A DNA stretch of 32,194 bases from Proteromonas lacertae. Lineage: Eukaryota. The stretch covers positions 1-32,194 of the forward strand of contig NGBS01001246.1 of NCBI GenBank assembly GCA_002245135.1, in the 5' to 3' direction. The translations under genes were made by a program, and so were the position numbers. The notes beneath the pieces are model-generated. The model made no database searches. It had not been told where the DNA came from and worked only from the letters and a program-made list of their open reading frames with translations. Position 1 is the first letter of the stretch, and every line of letters begins with the position of its first letter. Shown piece by piece: positions 12,049-23,169 of the stretch.

Positions 12049-12160
12049 TTATATTTATTTATTTAATTATCGTTATTACTGATTTATTTAAACTACATTC
12101 ACAAGTCATAGTATTTTTATATAAATATATGATTAACATACACTCATCTGATATCAACAT

Positions 12161-13025
12161 TATAATTCTATATGTATTACTAAGAAATGCTTACATAAAA
12201 CATAAATTAAAATAATAACTAAACAACTCAAATTACTTTTGAATATTATAATTCATCTTATCAACTATACGCTTTTCTTCTATTTTCTTCTTTTTCTTCT
12301 ATCATTAAGTATTCTGTTTGGTTTTTTATAATTATAGGTATATGGATGCTCAAGATTTAATTGAAATAATTAACGAAGAAGCTACTATTAAAACTAATAG
12401 AACAGGTATAGAATATGTAGAAGATCCTTATTTTATTCAAAGACGGAGTTATTTAAATATTTACAACGAAATGATGAAATATATAGCAATAGAAAATGGA
12501 ATCCAAAAGAATTTTGTTGTATATGGAAACTATGGTATAGGTAAAACAAATTTTTGTGCATTTTTATGCAAGCAATTTAAATCTTCCAAATTCCAAGTTA
12601 TATTTATACCCTCTTCAGATTTATATCTTTGTAAAGGAGTAGAAGAAAACAAATATAATCCTATTTCATACTTACCTCCACGAGATGTTAAAAATCCTTC
12701 TCAAAAATCTATAATCATCTGCGATAATATACCAATTTCAGAAGATGAATACAGTGAGGATGATGTGGTTATATTAGTGAGTGATATGAAGCTGAAAAAA
12801 TATAAAGTAATGCGTAGCAAGAGAGCTCCAATTCAGTTCTGTTTATTGCCTTTTAATAAGAATGAAATTGATTTTTATAAGAAAGTAAGAAGAAGAGAGA
12901 TTGAAAAATATGGAGGAATTCCTGGATTAGTTCTTGTGAATGTTGAGAAAGAAATTAATGAGTGTCAAAAGATAGATATTTATAGTGGTATTCCTGCTGA
13001 ATATAATGAATATGTAAATATTTAT
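12161..13025 (+). repeat. ~860-bp inverted duplication, left copy
   Basis: Highly similar to the reverse complement of ~29869-30728, including upstream non-coding DNA. Confidence 0.9.
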
Positions 13026-13061
13026 TACATAGATGTAAATATAAACATAATAAAGAAATAG
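12342..13061 (+). CDS. P-loop NTPase domain of a Crinkler/RHS-like protein, 3'-truncated copy
   Basis: YFIQRRSY, Walker A VYGNYGIGKT, IIICD and KYGGIPG. The paralogue near 30540 continues towards an REase-like domain; this copy does not. Confidence 0.6.
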   Translation: MDAQDLIEIINEEATIKTNRTGIEYVEDPYFIQRRSYLNIYNEMMKYIAIENGIQKNFVVYGNYGIGKTNFCAFLCKQFKSSKFQVIFIPSSDLYLCKGVEENKYNPISYLPPRDVKNPSQKSIIICDNIPISEDEYSEDDVVILVSDMKLKKYKVMRSKRAPIQFCLLPFNKNEIDFYKKVRRREIEKYGGIPGLVLVNVEKEINECQKIDIYSGIPAEYNEYVNIYYIDVNINIIKK

Positions 13062-13112
13062 ATTTAGAAATTATATCATTTATCATCTTGTATTTTATAA
13101 TAACTTATATGT

Positions 13113-13830
13113 TTATATTTCTTTTTTATTCCTTTTATTCCTTTTATTCCTTCTAATAAAACTACAAATATCATTCTGTTTTATTTTTTCTATATCTTCA
13201 AATGTAAATAATTTAATTCTTAAACCAGATTGTATATCTTTCGAATATTGTATAAAATATTGTTTATATTTATTACGCTTTTCTGTTACAAAATCATTTT
13301 TGTTAACATCTTCTATTTTCTTTACATAATATAATGGAAATACAACAACATTATTAATAACATAACATATATCATAACCTATTGATGTTGTAGTGTTTTT
13401 GAAATATTTATTAAATATATTTATCTGAATATTATTAAACTTAATCACATCACTATTCCATTTTGCATTATACATAATTGAATAACACACTATTTCATTG
13501 AATAATAGTTTATATAGAGGATGATTTTTATCTGATTGTATTTTATTCTTGAAAAAATCCTTTATAATTTCAAATTCTCTTTTACTACATCTGTGACTTG
13601 TACAGAAATATAGATATTTAAATACTTCATCAGATATATATTCTAATTGAACTTTATCAATTGAATCATAATCTAATACTTTGTATTTTACAATATAATG
13701 TGACATATCTGTATCTAATCTATCAACATTTAATTCAACATCATTTTCCAAATTCGATTCTTTACCTCTTTCACATGGAAAGAGATATTTCTTTATAAAA
13801 TTAAAATATCCAAGAGTATTCACAGTTGTT
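13113..13830 (-). pseudogene. 5'-truncated paralogue of the 25840-26550 segment
   Basis: Near-identical peptide and DNA to part of ORF 26095..27033 (NTLGYF..IKKYL...YFCTSHRCSKREFE). Starts abruptly and carries small deletions. Confidence 0.75.
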
Positions 13831-14244
13831 TCTTCATCTAATAAAAAGAAAGAAATAATGTTATATATATCTAATAAAAATGATGTATATGAAGTATTAT
13901 TGAAATATGTTAAAGTAGATGAATAAGTATTAATTCCAGATAGTGAAAATAAAAATAATAATAGTTATTTAGAAGTTTATTATAAATTAGAAGAACTATT
14001 TAGAAAACATATTAATAGTTGATTAAGTAAAGCAATATTACGTAAAATGAAGTTGAATGAGAATGATAGTTATAGCAATATGTATATAAAGAAAGGAATA
14101 GTTTATAATAAAGATTCTGATTTCGAAATGAATTCTGAGTTATATATTCAGTTTATCATCCTCCAAAAGCCAAAAATTTTGTTTGTTATATTTTGGATGA
14201 AAATAATTTCTTTGATTTGATAATAGATGGTGTATTTATAAAAG

Positions 14245-14936
14245 TACTTCTCCGAAATGCTGAACTAGCAAGGAGATCAACTAAGACTCTCAAGTCAACA
14301 TCTTCTCGTTTAGACAAAGCAATCATCGATCTGGCTAATAAGTATAAGGAGGTGATGAGCTTACCAAAGGAAACTTCCGAGGAGACTAGAAGTATTCTAC
14401 GTCAACTATTACGGGATGTTGCTAATATCGCTGAGAAGGACAACCCATCCTTTCAATTGATCCGAGAGCATGCTGCTAAAGCCGGTGTTGAGATTCCTGA
14501 CTTCAAAAGGAGTTCCGAATCTGATGGTAAGTCAGCTCCATCAAATCTTCATCAGGCAGTGGATTATATAAAGGGAAAGCTTCCAGTTGGAGAGAATGTC
14601 AAGGATATAATGAGGAGTCCACAAGTATGGGCAGCAGTAGTTAACTATCTTGGGCGAGGTAAAGGTGATTCCAAAGAGAAGGAAGAGGATGATGTTGGTT
14701 ATTATGCTAGACTATATGATCAATACCGTAAGGTGACTTTCAAAAGCCGTGAACGCAAGTCCTCCTCCGATGATGATGATGAGATTCCAATCCTTGAGGT
14801 TGATCCAGACTATGTGTCGGAGGACGATGCTGACGATGTTGAAGCTGATGATGAGTTTCCCTTTAATCATTCTCACGGTAAGATCAAGATGGTAAAGCCT
14901 TCTCCTTCTGAGTGGTACAAGTGCTTACAGTTGTAA
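14245..14936 (+). CDS. Viral hypothetical protein lacking its native 5' end
   Basis: The GC-rich frame begins mid-ORF; the predicted TTG start at 14193 lies in AT-rich host-like DNA. Acidic C-terminal part. Confidence 0.55.
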
Positions 14937-14971
14937 TCCTTAACTTCTTCAGTCTATCTATCTCTCCTAGT

Positions 14972-15499
14972 ATGTTTGGGACTTTTAAGCAACAGCACCT
15001 CCATCAACAAGAACTCTTTGAAGCCTTATCAGCGATCCGTGATCACTTCAAGAGAAGTCCTGGCAATCAGCATGTCATTGATAATCACTACCTCCGAGAC
15101 TTTAAGAAGAGAAGATATCTCCGACACTCCATCACGAACTACAACAGTGCCGATCAAGGAGATGTCTACGATTCCATGAATAACCTAGTTAATGAGATCA
15201 AGGAACTGCTCCAAGAGAATCCACCGTCAGTACGTACAATCGACATCCCCGAGTATGATGAACTGATGAAACGATCCTCCGATGATGACTTAACCTACTT
15301 GCTCCTGGATCAACTGATAAGGCTCCTTGTCTTGAGTGGTGGATCTAACTCCTCAGGCATCTTCAAGATAAATAAGCTAAAGCAACACCACCTAAGGAAC
15401 ATACAATGTATAATTAAGATAATCAAGGTAAGGAAGTTCTACGTGTCGAAGGAGTTACAGTCTCTTTATAAAGTAGTTCTTCGATCTCACGCTTACTAA
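14972..15499 (+). CDS. Viral hypothetical protein (175 aa from ATG 14972)
   Basis: Open frame with the island's codon style; converges on the ATPase gene. Confidence 0.55.
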   Translation: MFGTFKQQHLHQQELFEALSAIRDHFKRSPGNQHVIDNHYLRDFKKRRYLRHSITNYNSADQGDVYDSMNNLVNEIKELLQENPPSVRTIDIPEYDELMKRSSDDDLTYLLLDQLIRLLVLSGGSNSSGIFKINKLKQHHLRNIQCIIKIIKVRKFYVSKELQSLYKVVLRSHAY

Positions 15500-15553
15500 C
15501 ATTCTACTTAGTATTATAATCTTAAGTTCATTGTTGTTGATGGGGTTAATCAT

Positions 15554-16468
15554 CTAGTCCACAAAGAGTTGCTTATCGAAGTTGATCCTATACTGAGCCT
15601 TGTGCATATCATTGTATAGGAAGCTATAAGGAGTATGCTCCGTGGCCATATGATAGAACTCCTTGAAGAGTCTAAAGGGAGTTGCCAAGGCAAGGGACTT
15701 ATGTAGTTATTGAAGGTTGCTGCATGATATGTTCTTGAAGGCTAAGCAATAGTCCAGCTGAAGTCTTTGACCAGGAGTAAGGTCTGTAATGTACTGACTA
15801 CTGATAATCACCTTTGCCTTGTAATGCCTGTTCTGCTTAAGGAAGGTGATTAGCTGGGGATCTTTCAGGTCATTGCTAACATCATCGAATCCAAAGATGT
15901 TCTCAGCGCAGGTGCTATTCTCTTTATCGGGAGGTGGTAGATCGTGAAGTACTTCCTCCAGGTTGTTGGTCTTGTCTTCCTCGTTCACGATAGAGTCAAA
16001 CGTGTAGTAGTCGATCTTGTTGTACTCCAACATCTCCATGATCTTATCGTAGAGCACATCCTTATAGATCGTACCAACAAAGAAGTAGACCCTTTGATTC
16101 TTACCCTTGATCAGTATATGTTGAAGGACATTGTAGATGACTGTTGTCTTACCAGAGTTCTTCTTTGCTAGGAGGAAGATGTTACAGAAGGGTTCATCGA
16201 AGTAGTCATAGCCGACAACATCCTTCCCGTGACTGGAGGTCTTGATTTTCAAAGGCTTTACTTCTGCCTGGTTGATCTTCTCATACTCTATCTTTAAATG
16301 GCCCTTGGATGATCTCGGTAACTTCTCTGGTAAGTAAGCATCACCATGTACTTCATCATCCCCATCCTCATCCTTGAACTGATCATCTCCTGATCCTTTC
16401 AGTCTTCGCATCTTACTGAGATGAAGATCTCCAAAGGGTTGCTTTCTCTTGTTAACCATAAGCATCAT
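15554..16468 (-). pseudogene. A32/FtsK-HerA-type genome packaging ATPase with one in-frame stop
   Basis: Walker A AKKNSGKT, Walker B-like IFGFDD, and NRHYKAKVIISSQY...LTPGQRLQLDY. After TAA at 15707 the frame continues LHKSL...FKEFYHMATEHTPYSFLYND...RINFD to TAG at 15554. Confidence 0.92.
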
Positions 16469-16513
16469 AAGAACTAAGTACACAATCAAGAACTTATCGA
16501 TAAGGAACTTTAC

Positions 16514-17863
16514 TTATGCTATACTACGAATGACCGAGGTAGTAATCTCAGCTCTTCGTCCAGTGATCAAGTAGAATCGGTGATTCACAGACTTGTGTTC
16601 TAGCTCTGAGTTGTAGATCTCAACGGTGATCTTTAAATCTCCATATAGTCTTCTCCAAGCAATGGTCTTGACATTACTAAGGTTGTCACTACCGAAGTTG
16701 AGCACCTCAAAGAACTTCTCGGTAAAGGGCTTCTTGTTGAGTTGATCATACCAGCTTCCTCCAATGTACTTCTTAAGCAACTCGTAGCTATCGTAAGTCT
16801 CCATGTTCTGATAGTTGGGATTGTAGTTGAAGTCGTTGATCATCCACTTGAATCTTGCTTTGGAGTCTAAGAGAAGGATATGGTTCTTCATTGTATATGC
16901 CTGATAGACGATGGCTTTAATATAAGGACCAATAGAGCTGTTGATTGTAAAGGAGTAGTTGAAAACGCCGGTGCTGGTGATGGTGATGCTCTTATCGTGA
17001 TAGCCATTAAAGGGAATGGGCTTCTCAATGCAGGAGATGATAGACTTCTTGTTGCTGTTGAAGTCCTTATTGTATAAGGTTCTGATGCAAATGTCCTTGA
17101 TGTCACACTTTGCCTGAAGAGTAACATCCTCCTTGCTATATTCATACTTATCATCGTCGGTATCGAACTTCGCATCAGTAGCTGTACTCAATCTTCCGAA
17201 GTTGGTGATCTCTCCTCATTGGATGCTGAGAAGTAACTTCTCTCCCAAGAATAGATCAGTGGGATTTGCTAGGACAGTGTTATACATCTCATTGAAAGGA
17301 ATCTTTACAAGGAATTCCAAGTAGCCGTCTTTCACTTGAGTATCCCAGAAGGTGTTGTTTACCTTGGAGGTGCATCCATCATTTCCATTATCTACCGAGG
17401 TGAACTCCATACCAGGCTGGAGGATATCTCCATTCTTCTTTTGCCAGATACCATCGAAGTAAGTGTGTTGTCTATCGACGTGAGTTGTCTTCCTTTGAAC
17501 TTGTTGCATAAGCCCTCTGTATTGTTCATAAGTGTCAGTTACATAAAGCAAGTTGATTCCCGCAGCAGTGTGTACTCTAAAGGAGGAGATGTTGAAGGTG
17601 TTGTATAGGAGGATCTTCTCAGCCTTCTTGTTATTGTCAGAATCCTTATATCCGATGATTAGACGATACTCTAAGTAACTCTTGCTAAGGTTAATGCAAT
17701 TGTCGGTAGCTATCTCGAACATGACCTCTGCGGTTGATCCAGAAGTACCAGCATTGACCGAGGTGTTGCTCTGGGTAGGGTTGACTTTCACGTGTACGTA
17801 AAGTGAATCATAACTCTCGGAGTAAGCTCCTTGTTGAACACTTGCTGGGATGAATGTTGTCAT
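16514..17863 (-). pseudogene. Probable double jelly-roll major capsid protein (449 codons) with one in-frame TGA
   Basis: ORFs 17216..17863 and 16514..17191 are in the same frame (LSIQ*GEITNFGR). Beta-rich sequence; N-terminal VMFEI...INLSKSYLEY pattern typical of Polinton/PLV capsids. Located between protease and ATPase. Confidence 0.7.
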
Positions 17864-17914
17864 TGCCTTTGGGTAATTTCCTAAGTAAAATTGAACTAGG
17901 AAAAGACTTATTAC

Positions 17915-19804
17915 CTAGATTAAGTTAAAGGTTCTCTTGAGTAGTGCCATTTGCTTCTCGCCCTAGATAGAGTTGAAGTTAGTTGCCTCCTTGAAGGACA
18001 GGTTCCTTCCGAGGATATTGAATAGGAAGTAGATTGCAAAGTAACCACAAGTATCGGTGTTGACCTTCTGGTTCTTGATTCGATTGATCTTGAGTTGGTA
18101 CTTATCCTCAAGATTACCTTTAAGGTGTTGTATCTGCTAGATGAACCACGAGTAGTTCTTAGGGTTCTCTCCGAAGCTATCATAGTAGTAGATTTGCCTT
18201 CGATTATCATCCACGACTAAGGCAACCCAATGCCCGATCGTATTCTCAGCACTTGTTGTTGTAAGGGTACTGAGAATATATCCCCATCTATTTGTTCCTA
18301 AGACTCGAAGGTCTTGCTTAAGTTGATCCCATAAGAAGACTCCAGCGAATTGTCCATTGAAGTCACTGTACTCTTCCTTGATCAGCCTCTCGATATCGAA
18401 GTTGCTTAAGGCATCATCATGGCTAGCAACTTTACCTTCAGCAAAGTACTCATACTTATCCTCATGCTCCTTATCATCATCATCATCGATGATATCCGAG
18501 AGTGGCATCTCCAACATCGAGTTGATTTTCAGCTGTCTAAATAAAGGGTCTGTATCTGCATACACTACAGGTTGTTGTACTTGCTCTTGTCTACTAGGTA
18601 ATAGGGTTGGACTTTGAACTGCTGGCTGGGCAATTGGTATTGAAGGAACATAGGAGTTCACCTGGTCCTCCATTATCGAATAGCTGCCTCCTTGAACTTT
18701 ACCTAGACCTTTGAAGCCATTGAAGAGATTACCGATGATTCCTCCCATACCATTACCTAGTCCTCCTCCTCCATTGAGTTGATTGATCGCGTTAACCATT
18801 GCATCGTTAAGTGTTGTATCGGGACCTTTGTACTGAGTCTCTAACCATCGGAAGAAGTCATCGTTAGGAGTGTTGTTGTACTCAGCATTAAGTTTATCAG
18901 CTGCCTTATCAATCAACTGAACTACTGGGTGGTTCTCATCATATCCAGCGGCCTTAGCAAAAGACTTAAACTGTTCCTTGTTGCCTTGAACGAACTTAAG
19001 AAACTCTCCAGCTAGTGTCTGATGATCTGATTGAAACAACCTTCCTATACCTGGGATGGAACGTAGGAGACTTCCTACGATTGGGATCTGTCCTATTCTA
19101 CTTCCGAAGGTTGAGATTAATCCAACCATTCCAAGGATGGCTCCGATGGCACCTCCTATCTTCATTCCACGGTCTGTTATTCCTGACTGATTCTGGGTAA
19201 GTGAGTTACTAGTATTCCCAAAGGTGTTGATCATCCTGGAGACATCTTGTTGTTGCTTCAATAAGGAGTAAATATCATTATTACTAGTTGTGTTATCATA
19301 TAAGGGAAGAGTTCCACGGCTAATTGTTGTCCTTGAGTTGTTGACATTGTAAGGGGTCATGATGGAGCTCTGATAGTCCACATACTTCTGGTAATCATCA
19401 GCAAAGTAAGTTGCTGAAGGATGCACATTGAGCTTCTTACGTTCCTCCTCGGCAAGCAGCTTTCTAAGGTCAGGGTTTTTCACGAGGAAATGATCGTTGT
19501 AGGACTTGCTAGCAAGGTACTTCTCCTGGAGTTCACCGCTCTCCTCGATGTTGTTCTCCAAGGGATTGCTCTTAACGATTGATAAGGAATTACCTTCTCT
19601 GTCTTGAGTATCATCAGTGTTGTTGTTAGGAGCTATCTCTGATAGCAAGGTAGTTAAGTAGTGTAAGTCATCAGTGTTGTTTATCTTGACCTGGAACTCC
19701 TTCTTAAGCTTCTGCTGTAGTGCCTTCACAACTCTTGAAGTAAGCTTCTTCTTCCTTGAGTTGATTCCTTTGTCTTTATCGTTTACCATCGATATCTTTA
19801 CCAT
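17915..19804 (-). pseudogene. Adenain/Ulp1-clan (CE) maturation protease with a long N-terminal extension; two in-frame TAGs
   Basis: GHWVAL (His) and YYYDSFG (Asp); past TAG 18137 come NQKVNTDTCGYF (oxyanion Gln, catalytic Cys). Second TAG at 17963, final stop at 17915. Confidence 0.88.
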
Positions 19805-19841
19805 GGACGATTGACTATTGGAAAAGAACTTCTATTGCTTA

Positions 19842-20105
19842 TCAGTCCTCCTCGGGATTGTCAGGATAGTTGTACCAAGGCTTTACAATAACCGAGGACT
19901 TCAAAGCTTCTGATTGTTGATGAAGTTTATTTAGAGTCGATAGATTGAACCTCCTGGGATCTATCTTGTACTGCTTAAGTTGATTGTCCATCTCCTGAGT
20001 CTTTATCTCCAGGTGTTTTCTCTTGGACTTCCTTCTAGGATAGTTGTCAGGAGGATCTTCAAGGCACTTGTTCTTTCGATCGTAAGTTGCTTCTTCAATC
20101 TCCAT
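19842..20105 (-). CDS. Viral hypothetical protein (87 aa)
   Basis: Tightly packed, co-oriented ORF with a basic patch and the shared upstream motif. Confidence 0.55.
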   Translation of the reverse strand: MEIEEATYDRKNKCLEDPPDNYPRRKSKRKHLEIKTQEMDNQLKQYKIDPRRFNLSTLNKLHQQSEALKSSVIVKPWYNYPDNPEED

Positions 20106-20126
20106 TGAATGGAACTTAGAATTGAC

Positions 20127-20561
20127 TCAATACCGGAGGTTGTTGTTCTTTAGGAACTGCTCTATCTTCTTTTGATTCTCAAGAGCCTTCTTCTTACTAA
20201 TACGTTTCTTCCTTGCTTGTTGTGTATTGATCTTCTCGGGAGTGTTCATCAACTTGGCCTTTAAGTTCTTCAACCCATCGGAGATAAGCTTCTTGATGTT
20301 ACTGAGTACTAGTTCCATAGAGTAAGTTCTTGGAAGGGCATTGGAGATATCGTCCAGTTCATAGTCGTCAATAGCAACGATGTCAGGGATGGGAATGGGT
20401 ATTGCTGGGCCTTTAGATGTTCTTCTTATTCTTCTAGTCTTTATCAGCCTAGGTATATCAGTCTTGTTAAGTTGCCTTACAATGATCTTCTCTTTGCGTT
20501 TGTCTTTAAGCTTCTTGAGTATCTCAGGATGCTGCTTAAGCATTGCTTTGGTTCTAGCCAT
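20127..20561 (-). CDS. Basic viral protein starting MARTK (putative DNA-binding or core protein)
   Basis: 144 aa, K/R-rich ends; the first five residues are identical to histone H3. Confidence 0.65.
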   Translation of the reverse strand: MARTKAMLKQHPEILKKLKDKRKEKIIVRQLNKTDIPRLIKTRRIRRTSKGPAIPIPIPDIVAIDDYELDDISNALPRTYSMELVLSNIKKLISDGLKNLKAKLMNTPEKINTQQARKKRISKKKALENQKKIEQFLKNNNLRY

Positions 20562-20628
20562 TGTAATTGCCTTTAAGAAAATGACTTATATCATCTTCTA
20601 GTATTTACTTTCCCGAGTGATTCTTACG

Positions 20629-21261
20629 ATGGAATATCTCTTGTCCGATAACATCAGTAGCCGATCCTTGTTGATCTCCAACCTCACTTGTCTAGTCGAT
20701 AGTTACCAAGAGTGTACTGGAGCTTCATGGAACTTTACTTCCTTTGACTTTGTCACCATCCTTTCATCCGTACTACAAAACATCACTGTGAAGACTGATG
20801 GAAGCAGCAACAATAGTATGATCGATATGATTATCAACTACGGGATGACCGTCTTGTTAGCAATTGTCCTTACAGGTGTTGGCTATATCCTTAAGAAGCT
20901 AGGAGTGATCAAGAACATGTCCGACATCACTGAGATCAAGAACATGGTATTAACTCAACGAAGGCAAAGTACTGTCCTTGAGAGTGACTTAGAGGATATC
21001 AAGAAGACTTTACTGGGTAATTCTGCAAGAAGTAGTGGTAACTCTCCTAGCAATGGAGCTCCGATGATGTTGCTAGGCTCTTCAACTTCAACCATTGACA
21101 GTACTACTTCTCCTATCATTCCAGAGACAATCCCTGAGGGATCTGATGTTGAGTCCCTTGAAGTAAGCATCAGTGATAATGAGTCCGGCAAAGTACTTCC
21201 CAAGAAGATTGATATCTCCGATGGAAACTTACTTGACCCCAGCAATAGCATTGAATTCTAA
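20629..21261 (+). CDS. Viral single-pass membrane protein with Ser-rich tail
   Basis: Hydrophobic MTVLLAIVLTGVGYIL followed by KK, a heptad-like segment and a low-complexity Ser/acidic C-terminus. Confidence 0.65.
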   Translation: MEYLLSDNISSRSLLISNLTCLVDSYQECTGASWNFTSFDFVTILSSVLQNITVKTDGSSNNSMIDMIINYGMTVLLAIVLTGVGYILKKLGVIKNMSDITEIKNMVLTQRRQSTVLESDLEDIKKTLLGNSARSSGNSPSNGAPMMLLGSSTSTIDSTTSPIIPETIPEGSDVESLEVSISDNESGKVLPKKIDISDGNLLDPSNSIEF

Positions 21262-21277
21262 CTTAAGTCCTTTAACT

Positions 21278-22344
21278 TTATCGTATATTGTATCTCTTGA
21301 TGAGCTTGCGGTTCCTTGTTATACCAGCATCTTCATTTACCTTGAGGAGTTCATTTGACTTATAGCACTTATCGGAGATGTCCTTGACCGAATTCATGTT
21401 AGCATCTCCGAGGATGAAGGAGTAGGTGTTCTTTGCGATGATCCGATAGATGACGTCGGAGTAGAATAAGGCCTTCTCTATCTTGCTTACTCGACGTTCC
21501 TTAACTCTTACGAAGTCCCCAATATTGAACTGTTCCATGGCAGTGTTCCTTTGGTTACACATCTCGGCGTGATTGTAGAAGTACTGCTGGACATCTTCGT
21601 CGTAGAAAACTTCATTGGGAGTGAACCAGGATAAGGATGCCTTCGGTTTATTGTTGTACTGATCAACGACTTCATCAATAACTAGATTGAATTGTCTTAC
21701 GCTCAGAGCTCCTCGGGAGTGGAAGTCAACATCAGCTATTCTCTTGTAAAGCAATCTCTTGACCTCAGAGACTGAATGATCAAGGATGCTCATTACATGA
21801 TGCTCATCTACGTCCTTAACGATGTACAGGATCTGGTGTTGTATAAGATCGTTGATACATTGCGGCTATGCTCATCCCTTAAAGGTTCCTTCTCATGTCC
21901 TTGATAGAAGAACCTTTGCCATGCCTCAATCACTGAGTTATAAGTCTTATCAGGCATCCAGTAACAAAACACCTTCCTGCTAGGTACGTGAACTAGATAA
22001 AGCCATCCGTACTTGTGACTATTCTTTGGTTAGAAGATGACTATGTCCATTTGATAGCTGTCAGGAACTGGAATGATTTTTAAGGGCTTTATCCTGGTGT
22101 TGACGTAGACTACCTGATTGCCCGGTTGTCTGTAGTAGAACTCCTTTACCTATTCTGCCGAGATTGATTTATCGTAGTGATGTACTTGCCTTATGAACTG
22201 ATTAAGAGATAGGAATGGTAAGGTGTTGTAAGTCCTTTGAAGTAGATCCTCAGGAGATGAGAAGGTCGGAGGTTGATAGAACGTAGACTTCACGTATGGC
22301 TTTATCGGGATCTCCTTACTTGTGTTATTGATGGTTGCTTCCAT
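21278..22344 (-). pseudogene. Polinton-type retroviral-like (rve) integrase, disrupted
   Basis: Reading through TAG 22150 and TAA 22030 gives SYQMDIV and LVHVPSRKVFCY..PDKT. After a frameshift near 21850: HHVMSILD..., YNNKPKASL..TPNEV and FNIGDFVRV...YSDVIYRI, typical of Polinton integrase C-termini. Confidence 0.85.
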
Positions 22345-22400
22345 GGGATCATTGACAATCAGGTTACCTTCTTCTTCATCATTGGGAAAGACTTTACTAC

Positions 22401-22874
22401 TTAGAGACGATAGACAATGACTTTGTTGGTGCTTCTACTGGTCCTTGATTTACCACCTTTACTTCTCTTGGCCTTATGAAGTTTTACTTTACCTAGTCCA
22501 TTGGTTTTGAGAACATCACTTATCATCGGTCCAGCTACAGGAATGTACTTGCTTACCGTGGATAGCACCTTGCTTTTCTTAAAGAAGTTACCTATGTCCT
22601 GGAAGAATCCCTTGCCTTTGACTTTTGACTTCTTCGATTGTTGGTTCTCAAGGAAGCTGCTATAAAGGGTTGGAGTATAATAACAATAAGCAGGAGCCGG
22701 GTTGTACTTTCTCTTGGTTGCTTTATCGGAGCTAGCAAAGGGTAATGGCTCCAATGGATCCTCGTAATAACATTGATCGGTAAGATCATCCACGGAGGTC
22801 AATCTGGATCTACTATCAAGACTATCCTCGTTGGAGTATTGATGAGTGTTGGGATTGTAGGTATGGATAGGCAT
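22401..22874 (-). CDS. Putative virion core or membrane-lytic precursor (157 aa)
   Basis: VKGK/G protease-type site followed by amphipathic GFFQDIGNFFKKSKVLSTVSKYIPVAGPMISDVL and a basic tail. Confidence 0.6.
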   Translation of the reverse strand: MPIHTYNPNTHQYSNEDSLDSRSRLTSVDDLTDQCYYEDPLEPLPFASSDKATKRKYNPAPAYCYYTPTLYSSFLENQQSKKSKVKGKGFFQDIGNFFKKSKVLSTVSKYIPVAGPMISDVLKTNGLGKVKLHKAKRSKGGKSRTSRSTNKVIVYRL

Positions 22875-23116
22875 CTTACTTTGACCTTGGAATTAACAAA
22901 CTGGAATGCCATTCTTGGGAGCTTCTTAAACGTAGAAACCCCGTAGTTTCTACGGTCTATCAGTCTCATTTTTCCCTGACAATTGTTGAGCATTGGAACA
23001 CTTTACCTAGGTGAATTATAAGGCCATTGTAACTTACCTCTAGGAAGCTCCCGAGAATGCTTATCATTATCTTCAAGGGCCCTTGAGAAATCCACAACTA
23101 GCTAGAACCTCCCGGA

Positions 23117-23169
23117 GTTACCATTTGGTAACTTGTTACCATTTGGTAACTTGTTAACAATTGTAAACT
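23117..23169. repeat. Three tandem ~18-bp palindromic units (GTTACCA-TT-TGGTAAC)
   Basis: Two exact copies (23117, 23135) and one degenerate copy (23153), flanked by CTCCCGG on both sides. Confidence 0.85.

Noticed and set aside
15944..20601. Short plus-strand ORFs opposite the ATPase, capsid, protease and MARTK genes
   Set aside because: Antisense shadows of the real minus-strand genes.
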